A stretch of DNA of 64,000 bases, taken from positions 35,241 to 99,240 of the forward strand of contig CALUVE010000001.1 in the NCBI GenBank assembly GCA_944324135.1. The letters are read 5' to 3'. The stretch's first letter is position 1. The number at the start of each line of letters is the position of its first letter. The notes under the pieces were generated by a model. The model saw only the letters and a program-made list of their open reading frames with translations, did not search any database and was not told the DNA's origin. A program made the position numbers and the translations under genes. This document shows, one piece after another, positions 48,737-58,483 of the stretch. This DNA is from Candidatus Gastranaerophilales bacterium. GTDB taxonomy: Bacteria; Cyanobacteriota; Vampirovibrionia; Gastranaerophilales; Gastranaerophilaceae.

Positions 48737-48767
48737 CCGGCAAAAAATCCACTTTTGCCGGTTTTTT
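48737..48767 (+). terminator. Intrinsic terminator after the OMF gene
   Basis: CCGGCAAAA/TTTTGCCGG 9-bp stem followed by TTTTTT. Confidence 0.65.
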
Positions 48768-48774
48768 ATTGCGT

Positions 48775-50109
48775 TTATTTTTTATTTTTATCGCCGCGGG
48801 AGCGGACAGATATTTTTATCGGTGTGCCGAAGAAGCCGAAAGCTTCACGGAGCTTGTTTTCTATATAACGTTTGTAGTGGTCTTTCATTAATTCTTCATT
48901 GTTAACAAACAGTACAAAAGAGGGCGGCTGAGTGTTAATTTGGGTTGTATAAAGGATTTTGAGTCTTGCATTTTTGACGCTTTGCGGCGGGTTCAGAACG
49001 TAAGCTTCATTTATAACTTTGTTCAAAAGCCCTGTAGAAACGCGTTTTGTGCACTGTTCATAAACTTCAAGAGTTTTTTCAAAAATCTGGTTCAAGCGTT
49101 GTTTTGTAACTGCACTTATGTAAATTTTCGGTGCAAAGTCAAGAAACGGAATTTCGTTTGCAAGTTTTAAATCAAACTGGTTAATAGTATTTGATTTTTT
49201 ATTCTCAATTAAATCCCATTTATTCACGGCGACAATCAGACCTTTGCCGGCTTCAGTGATGATTGAAGAAATCTTTTTGTCCTGATCGGAAATGCCCTGT
49301 GCAGCGTCAATCACAAGCACTGCAACATCACAATCCTTGATAGAACGGATAGCACGGTCTACCGCAAATTTTTCGACACCCCATTCAACTTTTGCTTTTT
49401 TGCGGATGCCGGCGGTGTCAACGATTATAAAATCTTTGCCGTGGTATTTAATTTTGCTGTCTATGCTGTCACGGGTTGTGCCAGAGATGTCAGAGACAAT
49501 GACTCTGTCTTCGTTTAAAAGAGCATTCACAATAGAAGATTTTCCGGCATTCGGGCGTCCGACTATTGCAATTTTAATAGTTTCGTCAGGGGTTTCCTCT
49601 TCTGTTATCTCAAAATCTTTTGTCACCATATCCAGCAAATCGCCGACCCCTCCGCTGCCGTGTAGTGCTGATATCCCGACAAGTTCTCCTATTGCAAGCG
49701 AATAAAAATCACTCATCATAGCAAGAGATTCAGGGTTGTCCAGCTTGTTCACAGCAACAAAAACAGGCTTGTCAGATTGGCGCAGAATATTTGCAATATC
49801 TTCATCAACAGGGTGGACTCCGTCTTTTCCGTCTACGACAAAAATAATTTTGTCAGCCTCATCGCAGGCAATTTTTGCCTGATCATAAATGGAGAGCATA
49901 ATTTCATCCTCATCACCGGGAACAATTCCGCCCGTGTCAATGACGGTGAAAAGTTTGTTCTGCCATTCCACATCAAAATATATTCTGTCTCTTGTGACCC
50001 CCGGACGGTCATCAACTATTGAATTTCTGTGTCCTATCAGACGGTTTACAAGTGTTGATTTTCCTACATTCGGGCGTCCGACTATTGCTACTATAGGTTT
50101 TCTTTTCAT
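48775..50109 (-). CDS. der: Ribosome-associated GTPase Der/EngA
   Basis: Two tandem GTPase domains (GRPNVGKST, GRPNAGKSS) plus a C-terminal KH-like domain. Confidence 0.9.
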   Translation of the reverse strand: MKRKPIVAIVGRPNVGKSTLVNRLIGHRNSIVDDRPGVTRDRIYFDVEWQNKLFTVIDTGGIVPGDEDEIMLSIYDQAKIACDEADKIIFVVDGKDGVHPVDEDIANILRQSDKPVFVAVNKLDNPESLAMMSDFYSLAIGELVGISALHGSGGVGDLLDMVTKDFEITEEETPDETIKIAIVGRPNAGKSSIVNALLNEDRVIVSDISGTTRDSIDSKIKYHGKDFIIVDTAGIRKKAKVEWGVEKFAVDRAIRSIKDCDVAVLVIDAAQGISDQDKKISSIITEAGKGLIVAVNKWDLIENKKSNTINQFDLKLANEIPFLDFAPKIYISAVTKQRLNQIFEKTLEVYEQCTKRVSTGLLNKVINEAYVLNPPQSVKNARLKILYTTQINTQPPSFVLFVNNEELMKDHYKRYIENKLREAFGFFGTPIKISVRSRGDKNKK

Positions 50110-50230
50110 AAAAATATTGTAACATGAATATTTTCATGTAGGGTTTATTTTTTGTTAATATAAAATCTTGCCCTGCAGCGCTTTTTGTATAAATATTTTC
50201 AATTAAATAAAAAAATATAATCTTTACTTG

Positions 50231-50259
50231 TTGACAAATTTTCTTTTTAATGTTAAAAT
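50231..50259 (+). promoter_or_regulatory. Near-consensus sigma70 promoter with extended -10 and no downstream ORF
   Basis: TTGACA (50231-50236), a 17-nt spacer ending in TGT, then TAAAAT (50254-50259). Confidence 0.5.
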
Positions 50260-50265
50260 AAATGT

Positions 50266-50315
50266 GGGGTAAATGTATATTTATAAGTCTTGTCAAATGA
50301 CGAGACTTTCTTTTT
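50266..50315 (+). ncRNA. Candidate ~50-nt small RNA (orphan promoter-to-terminator unit)
   Basis: The predicted TSS is about 7 nt after the -10. A 9-10-bp hairpin at 50285-50308 has an AAAT loop and is followed by TTCTTTTT. No start codon or ORF. Confidence 0.3.
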
Positions 50316-50329
50316 CGCTACATGGATTT

Positions 50330-51406
50330 TTAGTATGTGTAATTGAGGAAAAAATCTTCATCAAAATCGAAAGATTTTACCTCCTGATATTCTGTCGGCA
50401 AAACAAAGGTTATCTTGCCGTTTGAGGCTTTTTTGTCTGTTTTCATTATCTCTGTTATTTTATTCATGTTGAATTTTTTGACAGGAGTAAAGCGGAATTT
50501 ATTAATTACATCATCTGCCAGAAATTTGTAATTTTTTTCTATTAAACCTTTTTCCACAGCAAGCTTGAAAGCAAAACGCATGCCCTCTACAACGGCTTCT
50601 CCGTGGGTATATTTTTTGTAGTTTGTTATTTTTTCTACGGCATGCCCGTAGGTATGTCCAAAATTAAGAATTTTTCTGAGACCGCCCTCTTTTTCATCCT
50701 GTTCTACTACGGCAATTTTTAAACTAACGCAGTATTGGACGAGTTTTTCCAGAGTGCGGACATCTTTGTTGTTTATTTTTTCAAAATTTTCAGAAAGAAA
50801 GTTGAACAAATCTACTTCTGTCTGCGGTTTGCAGCTTTTTTCTATAAAAGAATATTTAACAACCTCGCCGAGCCCGGTCTTAAACTGTTTTTCGTCAAGA
50901 GTTTTCAGAAAATTTATGTTGATAAAAACAGCTTTTGGCTGAAAAAATGCCCCGACAAGGTTTTTGCCGTAATCTGTGTCAATTCCTGTTTTGCCGCCTA
51001 CAGAGCTATCGACGCAGGCAAGCAGAGTTGTAGGTATCTGGATAAAGTCTATTCCCCGCATATATGTTGAGGCTGCAAACCCTGCCAAATCTCCGACAAC
51101 ACCACCTCCTATTGCAAGAAGTACATCTTTTCTGGAAAGACGGCTTTTAAGCATTCTGTCGGTAATTTTTTTGTAGTTTTTAAAGTTTTTTTCTTTTTCT
51201 CCGTCTTTTAATATAAATTTATCAACGGCGGGGATATCAAGAATCTTGCCGTAGAGTTTGTTTACTTTTTCGGATATGACGACAAAGACTTTTCTGCCTG
51301 AAATGTACGGTTCCAGTTTCTCTCTCAAGCCGGAGATTTCCGAACAGTCAATATATACGGGGTAGGATTTATCAGTCTCTTCTATTTTTACGCGCAATTC
51401 AGGCAT
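50330..51406 (-). CDS. aroB: 3-dehydroquinate synthase
   Basis: GGGVVGDLAGFAA NAD motif and metal-ligand His residues in FGHTYGHAVE. Confidence 0.9.
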   Translation of the reverse strand: MPELRVKIEETDKSYPVYIDCSEISGLREKLEPYISGRKVFVVISEKVNKLYGKILDIPAVDKFILKDGEKEKNFKNYKKITDRMLKSRLSRKDVLLAIGGGVVGDLAGFAASTYMRGIDFIQIPTTLLACVDSSVGGKTGIDTDYGKNLVGAFFQPKAVFININFLKTLDEKQFKTGLGEVVKYSFIEKSCKPQTEVDLFNFLSENFEKINNKDVRTLEKLVQYCVSLKIAVVEQDEKEGGLRKILNFGHTYGHAVEKITNYKKYTHGEAVVEGMRFAFKLAVEKGLIEKNYKFLADDVINKFRFTPVKKFNMNKITEIMKTDKKASNGKITFVLPTEYQEVKSFDFDEDFFLNYTY

Positions 51407-51894
51407 TTAATAATCTCCGTTACTATATTATATGGAGATTTGAAATCCGTGTCAATTGTAAAGTGTGCTTTTTCATAATTTGCCTGCCGCGCCTCTATTA
51501 TGGCGGAAATTTTTTCCGGATTAAAGTTGTTTCCCAATAACGGTCGGTGTGTTTCTGTTTTTATTCTGTCGAAAATCACTTCAGGGGAGGTTTTGAGGTA
51601 TATAACTTTTGTTTTTTCGAGGAGCAGAGAGCGGTTTTTAGGATTTTCAAAAACCCCGCCGCCGGTTGAGATAATAATATTATCTTTTTCCAAAAGTTTT
51701 TCTATGGTTTCGGTTTCTTTTTCCCTGAAAAAAGCCTCCCCGTATTTTTCAAAAATTTCAGTGACAGAACACCCTTGAGATTTTTCTATTTCAGAATCCA
51801 TATCAAACAGGGCAAAACCCTCGAGCTCTTTTTCAAGCTCTTTACCGGTTGTTGTTTTACCGCTGCCCATCATTCCAATAAGTGTTATAATCAT
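51388..51894 (-). CDS. aroK: Shikimate kinase
   Basis: GMMGSGKTT P-loop and ISTGGG motifs; 168 aa; overlaps aroB. Confidence 0.85.
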   Translation of the reverse strand: MIITLIGMMGSGKTTTGKELEKELEGFALFDMDSEIEKSQGCSVTEIFEKYGEAFFREKETETIEKLLEKDNIIISTGGGVFENPKNRSLLLEKTKVIYLKTSPEVIFDRIKTETHRPLLGNNFNPEKISAIIEARQANYEKAHFTIDTDFKSPYNIVTEIIKCLNCA

Positions 51895-51911
51895 TGGAGT
51901 CCTTATTTGTT

Positions 51912-53477
51912 TTATGCTTTTACTTTTTGTGATTTGTCGGCAAGCTCGCTGTCAACTCTCAAAAATACAGGTTTGATTTCTTCTTTGGTGATGAGCTTGC
52001 CTGTTTTGATATTGTTACAGGTTAAGTCATCAAGTTTTGTATTTAAATCAAAGGACAGCTGACGGGCCATTTCTTTTGCAATGTTCGGGCAATACGGATA
52101 AATCAAGGCTGATACAACACACATAATTTCCAGAACTGTTGTGAGAACCTGACCGCATTCTGTCATTTTTTCTTCTTTTGCAAGTGTCCACGGAGCATTG
52201 TCTGTTACGTATTTGTTTGTAACGTCAACGAGCTGGACGATTTCCTGCGCGGCTTCGGAGATTTCAAAGAAATCAAAGTGGGTTTTAACTTTTTTAACAG
52301 TATCAAGCGCAAGTTTGTACAAATCAGAATCAGCTTTGAATTCTTCTTTTACCTCACCGTCAAAGTATTTTACAAGCATAGAGAGGGTTCTGTTCAAGAG
52401 ATTACCCATACTGTTTGCAAGATGTGCGTTAACTTTTTCTTTGAAGTCGTCATCCGAATAATTTCCGTCACGTCCGCACGGAGCTGAAGTTGCCATATAA
52501 TATCTCAAAGGGTCAGGAATTGTCAGGTTAAAACTTTCCAGAACTCCTGTAGGTGATATTACGTTGCCGAGAGATTTAGACATTTTGGTTTCGTCTATGG
52601 TAATCCAGCCGTGTGCAAAAATGTGTTTTGGCAAAGGAAGATCCAGAGCCAGCAAAATAGCCGGCCAGTATATGCTGTGGAATTTTAAAATATCTTTTCC
52701 TACAACGTGGACATCAACAGGCCAGTATTTTTTGAACATATCAGACGGGTTTTCTGTATCATAACCAAGAGCCGTGATGTAGTTTGAAAGTGCATCTATC
52801 CACACATATATTGACTGTTCAGGGTCATCAAGAACGTCAATTCCCCATTGAACATTGGATTTTGCACGTGAAACAGAGATGTCCTGAATGTCCTCCAGCT
52901 GGTTCAAAACTTCATTTGCTCTGAACTGCGGCACAATAAAGTCAGGATGAGCTTTTATGTGTTTGATAATAGCATCTTTGTATTTGGAAAGTTTAAAGAA
53001 ATAATTTTCCTCCTTAACCACTTCCGGTTTTTTAAGGTGGTCAGGGCAAAGACCGTCCTCGGTCAGGTCTTTCGGGTTCAGGAAACATTCGCATCCGGAA
53101 CAGTATAAACCCTCATAGGAATGTTTGTAGATATCACCTTTTTCAACAAGTTTTTTGAAAATTTTCTGTACAATAGCTTCGTGATCTTCATCAGTTGTTC
53201 TGATAAATCTTGTATAGTCTATATCAAGAGCTTTCCACGCATCTTTGAACTTTTGAGCATTTTCATCGCAGAGTTCTTTGGGAGAAATTCCCTTAGCCGC
53301 AGCGGTTTTTTGAATTTTTATACCGTGCTCGTCAGTTCCTGTGAGAAAAAAAACATCATCGCAGCGCTGTGTGTAGTGTTTTGCAATGATATCCGTCAAA
53401 ATCTTTTCATAAGCGTGTCCGATATGCGGAGCACCGTTCACATAGTCTATTGCTGTTGTTAAGTAATATTTATCCAT
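51912..53477 (-). CDS. metG: Methionyl-tRNA synthetase
   Basis: HIGHAY (HIGH) and KMSKSLGN (KMSKS) motifs, plus a CSGCECF zinc knuckle. Confidence 0.9.
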   Translation of the reverse strand: MDKYYLTTAIDYVNGAPHIGHAYEKILTDIIAKHYTQRCDDVFFLTGTDEHGIKIQKTAAAKGISPKELCDENAQKFKDAWKALDIDYTRFIRTTDEDHEAIVQKIFKKLVEKGDIYKHSYEGLYCSGCECFLNPKDLTEDGLCPDHLKKPEVVKEENYFFKLSKYKDAIIKHIKAHPDFIVPQFRANEVLNQLEDIQDISVSRAKSNVQWGIDVLDDPEQSIYVWIDALSNYITALGYDTENPSDMFKKYWPVDVHVVGKDILKFHSIYWPAILLALDLPLPKHIFAHGWITIDETKMSKSLGNVISPTGVLESFNLTIPDPLRYYMATSAPCGRDGNYSDDDFKEKVNAHLANSMGNLLNRTLSMLVKYFDGEVKEEFKADSDLYKLALDTVKKVKTHFDFFEISEAAQEIVQLVDVTNKYVTDNAPWTLAKEEKMTECGQVLTTVLEIMCVVSALIYPYCPNIAKEMARQLSFDLNTKLDDLTCNNIKTGKLITKEEIKPVFLRVDSELADKSQKVKA

Positions 53478-53634
53478 AAAATTATTCCCTCATTCCTTGT
53501 TTAAAATTATATCATGAAAACTTTCTTATTTATTTAGTTACAAAATGTTACAAAAACTGTTATACACGCAATATTACCGAAAAAAAAACGTTATTATATG
53601 TATGAGAGTATAAACCCATAGGATTATTGTATCT

Positions 53635-54540
53635 ATGTTAGTCATTGACGGTGATTACAATTATTTAATAAATAAACTGAACCTGACTCCGCAAAAACTT
53701 GAGGAGTACGGGACAAAAACCGTTGACGAAATTCTGGAAGCAGAAGCCGCCGCCGGTAACCAGGCTGCAATTAAAATTGTTAATGAAATGTACACAAATG
53801 TTGCATTTCTTGTTGAAATTTTCAAACTTGCCGATCCGGAAAACAAATATATGATACTCTCACAGATGAATTCCCAGCAGCTGCAGGAATTTCTTCCTCT
53901 GATGGAGGAGGAGGATTTGCAGCAGGGGCTTATGTATTTTTCTATGGATAAACTCCTTGATATGATGGAGGATTTGCCTCCGGAACAGCTGGTCAAGGCT
54001 GTTTTTGAAATGTTTTCTCAAGAAGAGATAATCCAGTATATGCCGGAGGATCAGCTTGATAAAGTTTTGACCGGCCCGGAACTTGATAAAAACAAAGTTC
54101 TTGAGCACCTCAAATCCATTCCGCCGGAATATCTTGCGCAGATGATTGAAAATGTTACGGGTGAACCGCTTGATGAAATGGACAGCCTCGGTATGATTAA
54201 CCAGATTGGCGGATTTAATCCTACAGAATACAAAGATGCTCTTACCGGAATGCAATCTACTCAGAAACAACAGCTGATGCTTTCTCTGTGTAAGGAAAAT
54301 CCTGAATTGTACCAGCTTTTTGCTGCTGAAGAGTATACTAATATTATCAATACATACAAACAAAAACCTCAGGTAGTCAAAGCTCTTGAAGTAATTGAAA
54401 AAGAAGAAACAATTAAAATGCTTAAGGAACTTCCGAACGATTTACTTTCTATGGTTATTACGCAGATTGACCCTGATACATTCGGTGATATGTTATTGAA
54501 GAAACACGCTGATCTGCTTGCTCAGGTTGTTATGATGTAG
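53635..54540 (+). CDS. Hypothetical acidic helical-repeat protein (MgtE-N/FliG-like repeats)
   Basis: 301 aa with three similar segments of the type L..M(E/D)..L..E.L...(F/I)..M, reminiscent of the MgtE intracellular N domain. No TM helices or catalytic motifs. Confidence 0.4.
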   Translation: MLVIDGDYNYLINKLNLTPQKLEEYGTKTVDEILEAEAAAGNQAAIKIVNEMYTNVAFLVEIFKLADPENKYMILSQMNSQQLQEFLPLMEEEDLQQGLMYFSMDKLLDMMEDLPPEQLVKAVFEMFSQEEIIQYMPEDQLDKVLTGPELDKNKVLEHLKSIPPEYLAQMIENVTGEPLDEMDSLGMINQIGGFNPTEYKDALTGMQSTQKQQLMLSLCKENPELYQLFAAEEYTNIINTYKQKPQVVKALEVIEKEETIKMLKELPNDLLSMVITQIDPDTFGDMLLKKHADLLAQVVMM

Positions 54541-54543
54541 TTT

Positions 54544-55104
54544 TTATTCTTCAAGGAGTTCTATAGCAGTTTTCAGCGCGAGTTCGCTAAAGTTGTATTT
54601 CATTATCCGTCTGTCAAGCTTGGGATTGAGTTTAAATTCGCGGATAATTATTTTGTCATGGAATTTTACGGCAATATAGACAAGCCCGACAGGTTTGTTT
54701 TTTGACCCGCCGGTCGGCCCTGCTATTCCGGTTGTACATATTGCGACATCGCATTCTGTACGTTTGGCAAGCCCCTGCGCCATTTCAAACGCGCATTCAC
54801 TGCTTACGGCGCCGAATTTTTCAAGAGTTTCGGTTGTGACGCCGAGGTTTTTGTGTTTAATTTCGTTTGCGTAAGTGACGTAGGCTTCTTTAAAATATTC
54901 TGAGCTCCCTGAAATATCCGTAATCCTTGAGGCTAAAAGCCCGCCGGTGCAAGATTCTGCTGTCGAGACGGTCAGGGATTTTTCTTTGAGCAGCCGCCCA
55001 AGGGTTTCTTCTGTTCTGGTGCTGTTTTTGTGCAGGTTGTATTTTATATTCTCAATTAACTTGTTCATATTTTTTACTCTATTTATATTTGGTTGTTTTG
55101 TCAA
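54544..55104 (-). CDS. pncC: Nicotinamide-nucleotide amidohydrolase PncC (CinA C-terminal domain)
   Basis: The signature TVSTAESCTGGLLASRITDISGSS and AICTTGIAGPTGG. Confidence 0.85.
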   Translation of the reverse strand: MTKQPNINRVKNMNKLIENIKYNLHKNSTRTEETLGRLLKEKSLTVSTAESCTGGLLASRITDISGSSEYFKEAYVTYANEIKHKNLGVTTETLEKFGAVSSECAFEMAQGLAKRTECDVAICTTGIAGPTGGSKNKPVGLVYIAVKFHDKIIIREFKLNPKLDRRIMKYNFSELALKTAIELLEE

Positions 55105-55186
55105 TTCTCCGGCTTAACTATTTGAAATATTTATTGGATATAAAATTTGATTATAATATCATGTGTTAAAAGGAGCATGGAAAGGC

Positions 55187-56566
55187 ATGGCTGTTAACGC
55201 AAAAAAACAACAAAATGATTTGAATCTTTTACCGCAGAATATTGAGGCGGAAGAGGCTATTTTAGGTGCTATTCTGGTTAATCCGGATTGTATTACAAAA
55301 ATTGTCGAGCATCTGAAACCGGAAAGTTTCTATAAACCGGCTCACAGATATGTTTATGAGGCTATGCTGGAACTTTTTAACAACAACGACAGAATTGATA
55401 TTGTTTCTGTTTCCGATGTGTTGAGTTACAGCCAGAAGCTTGATATAGTCGGCGGCAGAGCTTTTATTAACGATTTGAGCTACAAAACAATTACAACTTC
55501 TAACGTGGAATATTACGCCAGAATTGTTCAGGAAAAGGCTATTAAACGTGCATTAATAAATGCCGGTTCCGAGATTGTCTCTTTCGGATATGATGTGAAT
55601 CCTATTGATGAATCTCTTGACAGCGCTGAAAAATTAATCTTTGATATTGCCGCCAACAAAGCTACAAGCGACCTTGTGCCGGCAAAGGATTTGGTATTAA
55701 AAACTTATGAAAAAATAGAATACCGCTACGAGCATCAGGATGAACTTCTTGGAGTGCCTACAGGGTTTTATGATTTGGATGAAACTCTTAACGGACTTCA
55801 AAAATCCGATTTGATTATTCTTGCAGCTCGTCCTGCAATGGGGAAAACAGCTTTTGCTCTTAACATTGCCCAGAATGTTGCTATCAGGGCAAAAGTTCCG
55901 GTTGCTATATTCTCGCTTGAAATGTCAAAAGACCAGCTGATGCACAGAATGCTGTGTTCTGAGGCGGAAGTTGACTCCCAGCGTTTGAAAACAGGGAATA
56001 TGCAAAGTAAAGACTGGGAAAAACTTGCAAATGCAATGAATGAGTTTTCACAGGCTCCGATTTATATTGATGATACCTCAGGCTGTACTATTACTGATAT
56101 CAGGGCGAAGTGCAGACGATTAAAAATGCAGGAAAAAAATCTCGGGCTTATTCTAATCGACTATCTTCAATTGATGGAGGGTTCAGGCAGAGAGGATCGT
56201 ATGCAGCAGATTTCCGCCATCTCAAGAGGTTTGAAAATTCTTGCAAAAGAACTGGATGTTCCCGTAATTGCACTATCTCAGCTCTCCCGTGCTGTAGAAT
56301 CAAGAACAGATAAGCGCCCGATGCTTTCGGATTTGAGAGAATCCGGCGCGATAGAACAGGACGCCGATATTGTAATGTTTATCTACAGAGATGAATATTA
56401 CAGAAAGAGTGAAGACGGTGAAGAAGAAGTTCAAAGAGCCGATACAAAAGGGGAGTCTGAAATTATTATTGCAAAACACAGAAACGGTGGACTCGCTAAT
56501 ATCAAATTGATATTCCAGGGCAATATTACAAAATTCAAAAACCCGATTAAGACAAATGTTTTTTAA
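55187..56566 (+). CDS. dnaB: Replicative DNA helicase DnaB (no intein)
   Basis: N-terminal PQNIEAEEAILGAIL, Walker A ARPAMGKTAF, and IIAKHRNG. Start set at the ATG 11 nt after AAGGAG. Confidence 0.9.
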   Translation: MAVNAKKQQNDLNLLPQNIEAEEAILGAILVNPDCITKIVEHLKPESFYKPAHRYVYEAMLELFNNNDRIDIVSVSDVLSYSQKLDIVGGRAFINDLSYKTITTSNVEYYARIVQEKAIKRALINAGSEIVSFGYDVNPIDESLDSAEKLIFDIAANKATSDLVPAKDLVLKTYEKIEYRYEHQDELLGVPTGFYDLDETLNGLQKSDLIILAARPAMGKTAFALNIAQNVAIRAKVPVAIFSLEMSKDQLMHRMLCSEAEVDSQRLKTGNMQSKDWEKLANAMNEFSQAPIYIDDTSGCTITDIRAKCRRLKMQEKNLGLILIDYLQLMEGSGREDRMQQISAISRGLKILAKELDVPVIALSQLSRAVESRTDKRPMLSDLRESGAIEQDADIVMFIYRDEYYRKSEDGEEEVQRADTKGESEIIIAKHRNGGLANIKLIFQGNITKFKNPIKTNVF

Positions 56567-56578
56567 AATGCTGATTTA

Positions 56579-58138
56579 TTACAGAGCGCTGAGTTTTTCT
56601 GTAATCTGGTTTAAGAGTTCTTCGTTATTGATTTTGCGCGCATAGGCTTGAGCTTTTTCGTAAAGTCCGCGGGCTTTGTTCGGGCTGCTGTATTCAAGCA
56701 TGATATCGCCTGCGCTCATATAATTCTGAGCAACTTTAGCCGGCGCATCGGCATCTATGTAATTTTGTACAGCGTGTGAATATAATTTCAGAGCTTCCTG
56801 CGGTTCACCAAAGCGGTCGTAAGCTTTTCCGGTGCTTGAGGCAACATAGCCTTTGACTCTGGAGTTGTCTGTCTGAACTGCCAGCCCGTCAGCTATTTCA
56901 AAGTAATCAAAAGCTTCTCTTTCATACATATCTGTATAGATATTGCCGATTTTTGCCATTGAGGTTGATTGTGCGACCAGATTTTCGGCTTCTCCGGCAA
57001 ATGATACGGTTGCAAAGTAGTGATCCAGAGCCGGTGTTATCTGATTTACGTCATCATAAATTTCTGCCATAGAATAATGGGATTTTGTTTTTATATTATT
57101 GTCCTGAGTGCTTTTTGAGGACATATTGAAACTCTTTAACGCCTGTGAGTAGTACTGGTGTTTCTGGTAAATTTTTCCTATTTCAAAGAAAATTTTTGAT
57201 TCGGTTTCTGTGTCTCCGATTTCATTTGCGCGAACCAGAGCTTGTTGGTACGTTTCTATAGCCTTTTTAGGTTCGTTTGCATAGGTAAGTTTTTTTGCCT
57301 TAAGAAAAGAGGATTTTAATTCTTTATCCTGCGGGATTAGAGTAGATGTTTGAGAATTTTTTTCTGTCTCTTCTGCTGCAGCGGTTTCCTGTGCTCCTGC
57401 AGTTTGTTCGGCTGCTGATGCTTGTTTGACTTTGTTTTCCTGTTCAAGGGAGCCTTCAGGGAATTTTACAAGGAACTGCGGGTTTACATCTTCTTCATTG
57501 TATTTAAAATCAATTTGCTGCAAGAAAAGCGCATCAACCCAGTTTTCAACAACTTTTGATTTCTTGTTCAGAGTTTCTGAAATATAATTATCGAGGATGG
57601 TTGAGGCGTTTTTGAGGTTTGATTTGACAAGTTTTGTGTCAGGATGTGCGCTTGTGACTTCATCCTGTACAAGCGAAATATATTTGTCAACTTTGCTCTT
57701 AAGTTCTGCCGGTGTGCCGATAGCAATAGCGGTGTTATTAAAATCTTTTATAATCTGGGCAATGTTTATGTTGGAGCTTCTGTTGAGTGCATTAAGAGAA
57801 GCGTTCGGTACAGCTTCATTTGCTGCCGTACCTTGAGCTGTATTTGTCGCAGCCCCGGCGTTGGAGGTACCGGCAGGCATTGTAGTGAAAAATGAACGCT
57901 GAGTTTGTTTTATATAGCCGTTTTGCGGGTAAGAAGATTGAATTTGCTGATATGCCGGAGTGTGTGACGGTAATCTTTGTTCAATATATTGCAGACCTTT
58001 ACTTCTGCCGTTTTGGGAAGCTTGTTCTTCCCGCTGTGCATTTGCGGATTTTTCCTCATCCTGTTTTTTTCTGACGAGGTTTCTTCCGTCTTTTACGACA
58101 TATGGACGTTGGTATACATTATTTAAGTTCAACCCCAT
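56579..58138 (-). CDS. TPR-repeat protein with a low-complexity Q/A/T-rich N-terminal half
   Basis: The C-terminal ~250 aa contain TPR-like units (A...Y..AL......). The N-terminal part is compositionally biased. Confidence 0.65.
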   Translation of the reverse strand: MGLNLNNVYQRPYVVKDGRNLVRKKQDEEKSANAQREEQASQNGRSKGLQYIEQRLPSHTPAYQQIQSSYPQNGYIKQTQRSFFTTMPAGTSNAGAATNTAQGTAANEAVPNASLNALNRSSNINIAQIIKDFNNTAIAIGTPAELKSKVDKYISLVQDEVTSAHPDTKLVKSNLKNASTILDNYISETLNKKSKVVENWVDALFLQQIDFKYNEEDVNPQFLVKFPEGSLEQENKVKQASAAEQTAGAQETAAAEETEKNSQTSTLIPQDKELKSSFLKAKKLTYANEPKKAIETYQQALVRANEIGDTETESKIFFEIGKIYQKHQYYSQALKSFNMSSKSTQDNNIKTKSHYSMAEIYDDVNQITPALDHYFATVSFAGEAENLVAQSTSMAKIGNIYTDMYEREAFDYFEIADGLAVQTDNSRVKGYVASSTGKAYDRFGEPQEALKLYSHAVQNYIDADAPAKVAQNYMSAGDIMLEYSSPNKARGLYEKAQAYARKINNEELLNQITEKLSAL

Positions 58139-58483
58139 TTTAAGTCTTTAATACCTTTCTATCACCATAATTACTTACTACTACGGCAACTTCTACTATA
58201 TCCTAATTTGTGTAAATGTTGCTCATACTTTCGTATGAAATCCACATTTTTTATTTAAGGTTTTTTTTTGAGAAGTCAACCCCGCAGGAGGTGCATGTTT
58301 CGGGGTTTTGTTACAAAATGTTAACTTGTTAAATCCCCCCGTTTTATAAGGGTTTTCGCCATTTTATTGCATGAAAATCCGCTCATTCATGCAATTTTAA
58401 AGGATAAAAATTTTTTATATAAGCATAGGGGATAATTAAAGTAAATAATTTTCTTTTCACGGGGAAAATTGAAAGGGGAAAAA

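Noticed and set aside
53661-54363. Minus-strand ORFs of 111-167 aa lie opposite the 53635-54540 gene.
   Set aside because: These are overlapping shadow ORFs in two frames with basic, low-complexity translations. The plus-strand ORF spans the full region with a clean start and stop.
55187-56566. I checked dnaB for an intein, which is common in cyanobacterial DnaB.
   Set aside because: The protein is about 460 aa, with contiguous helicase motifs and no insertion near the Walker A region.
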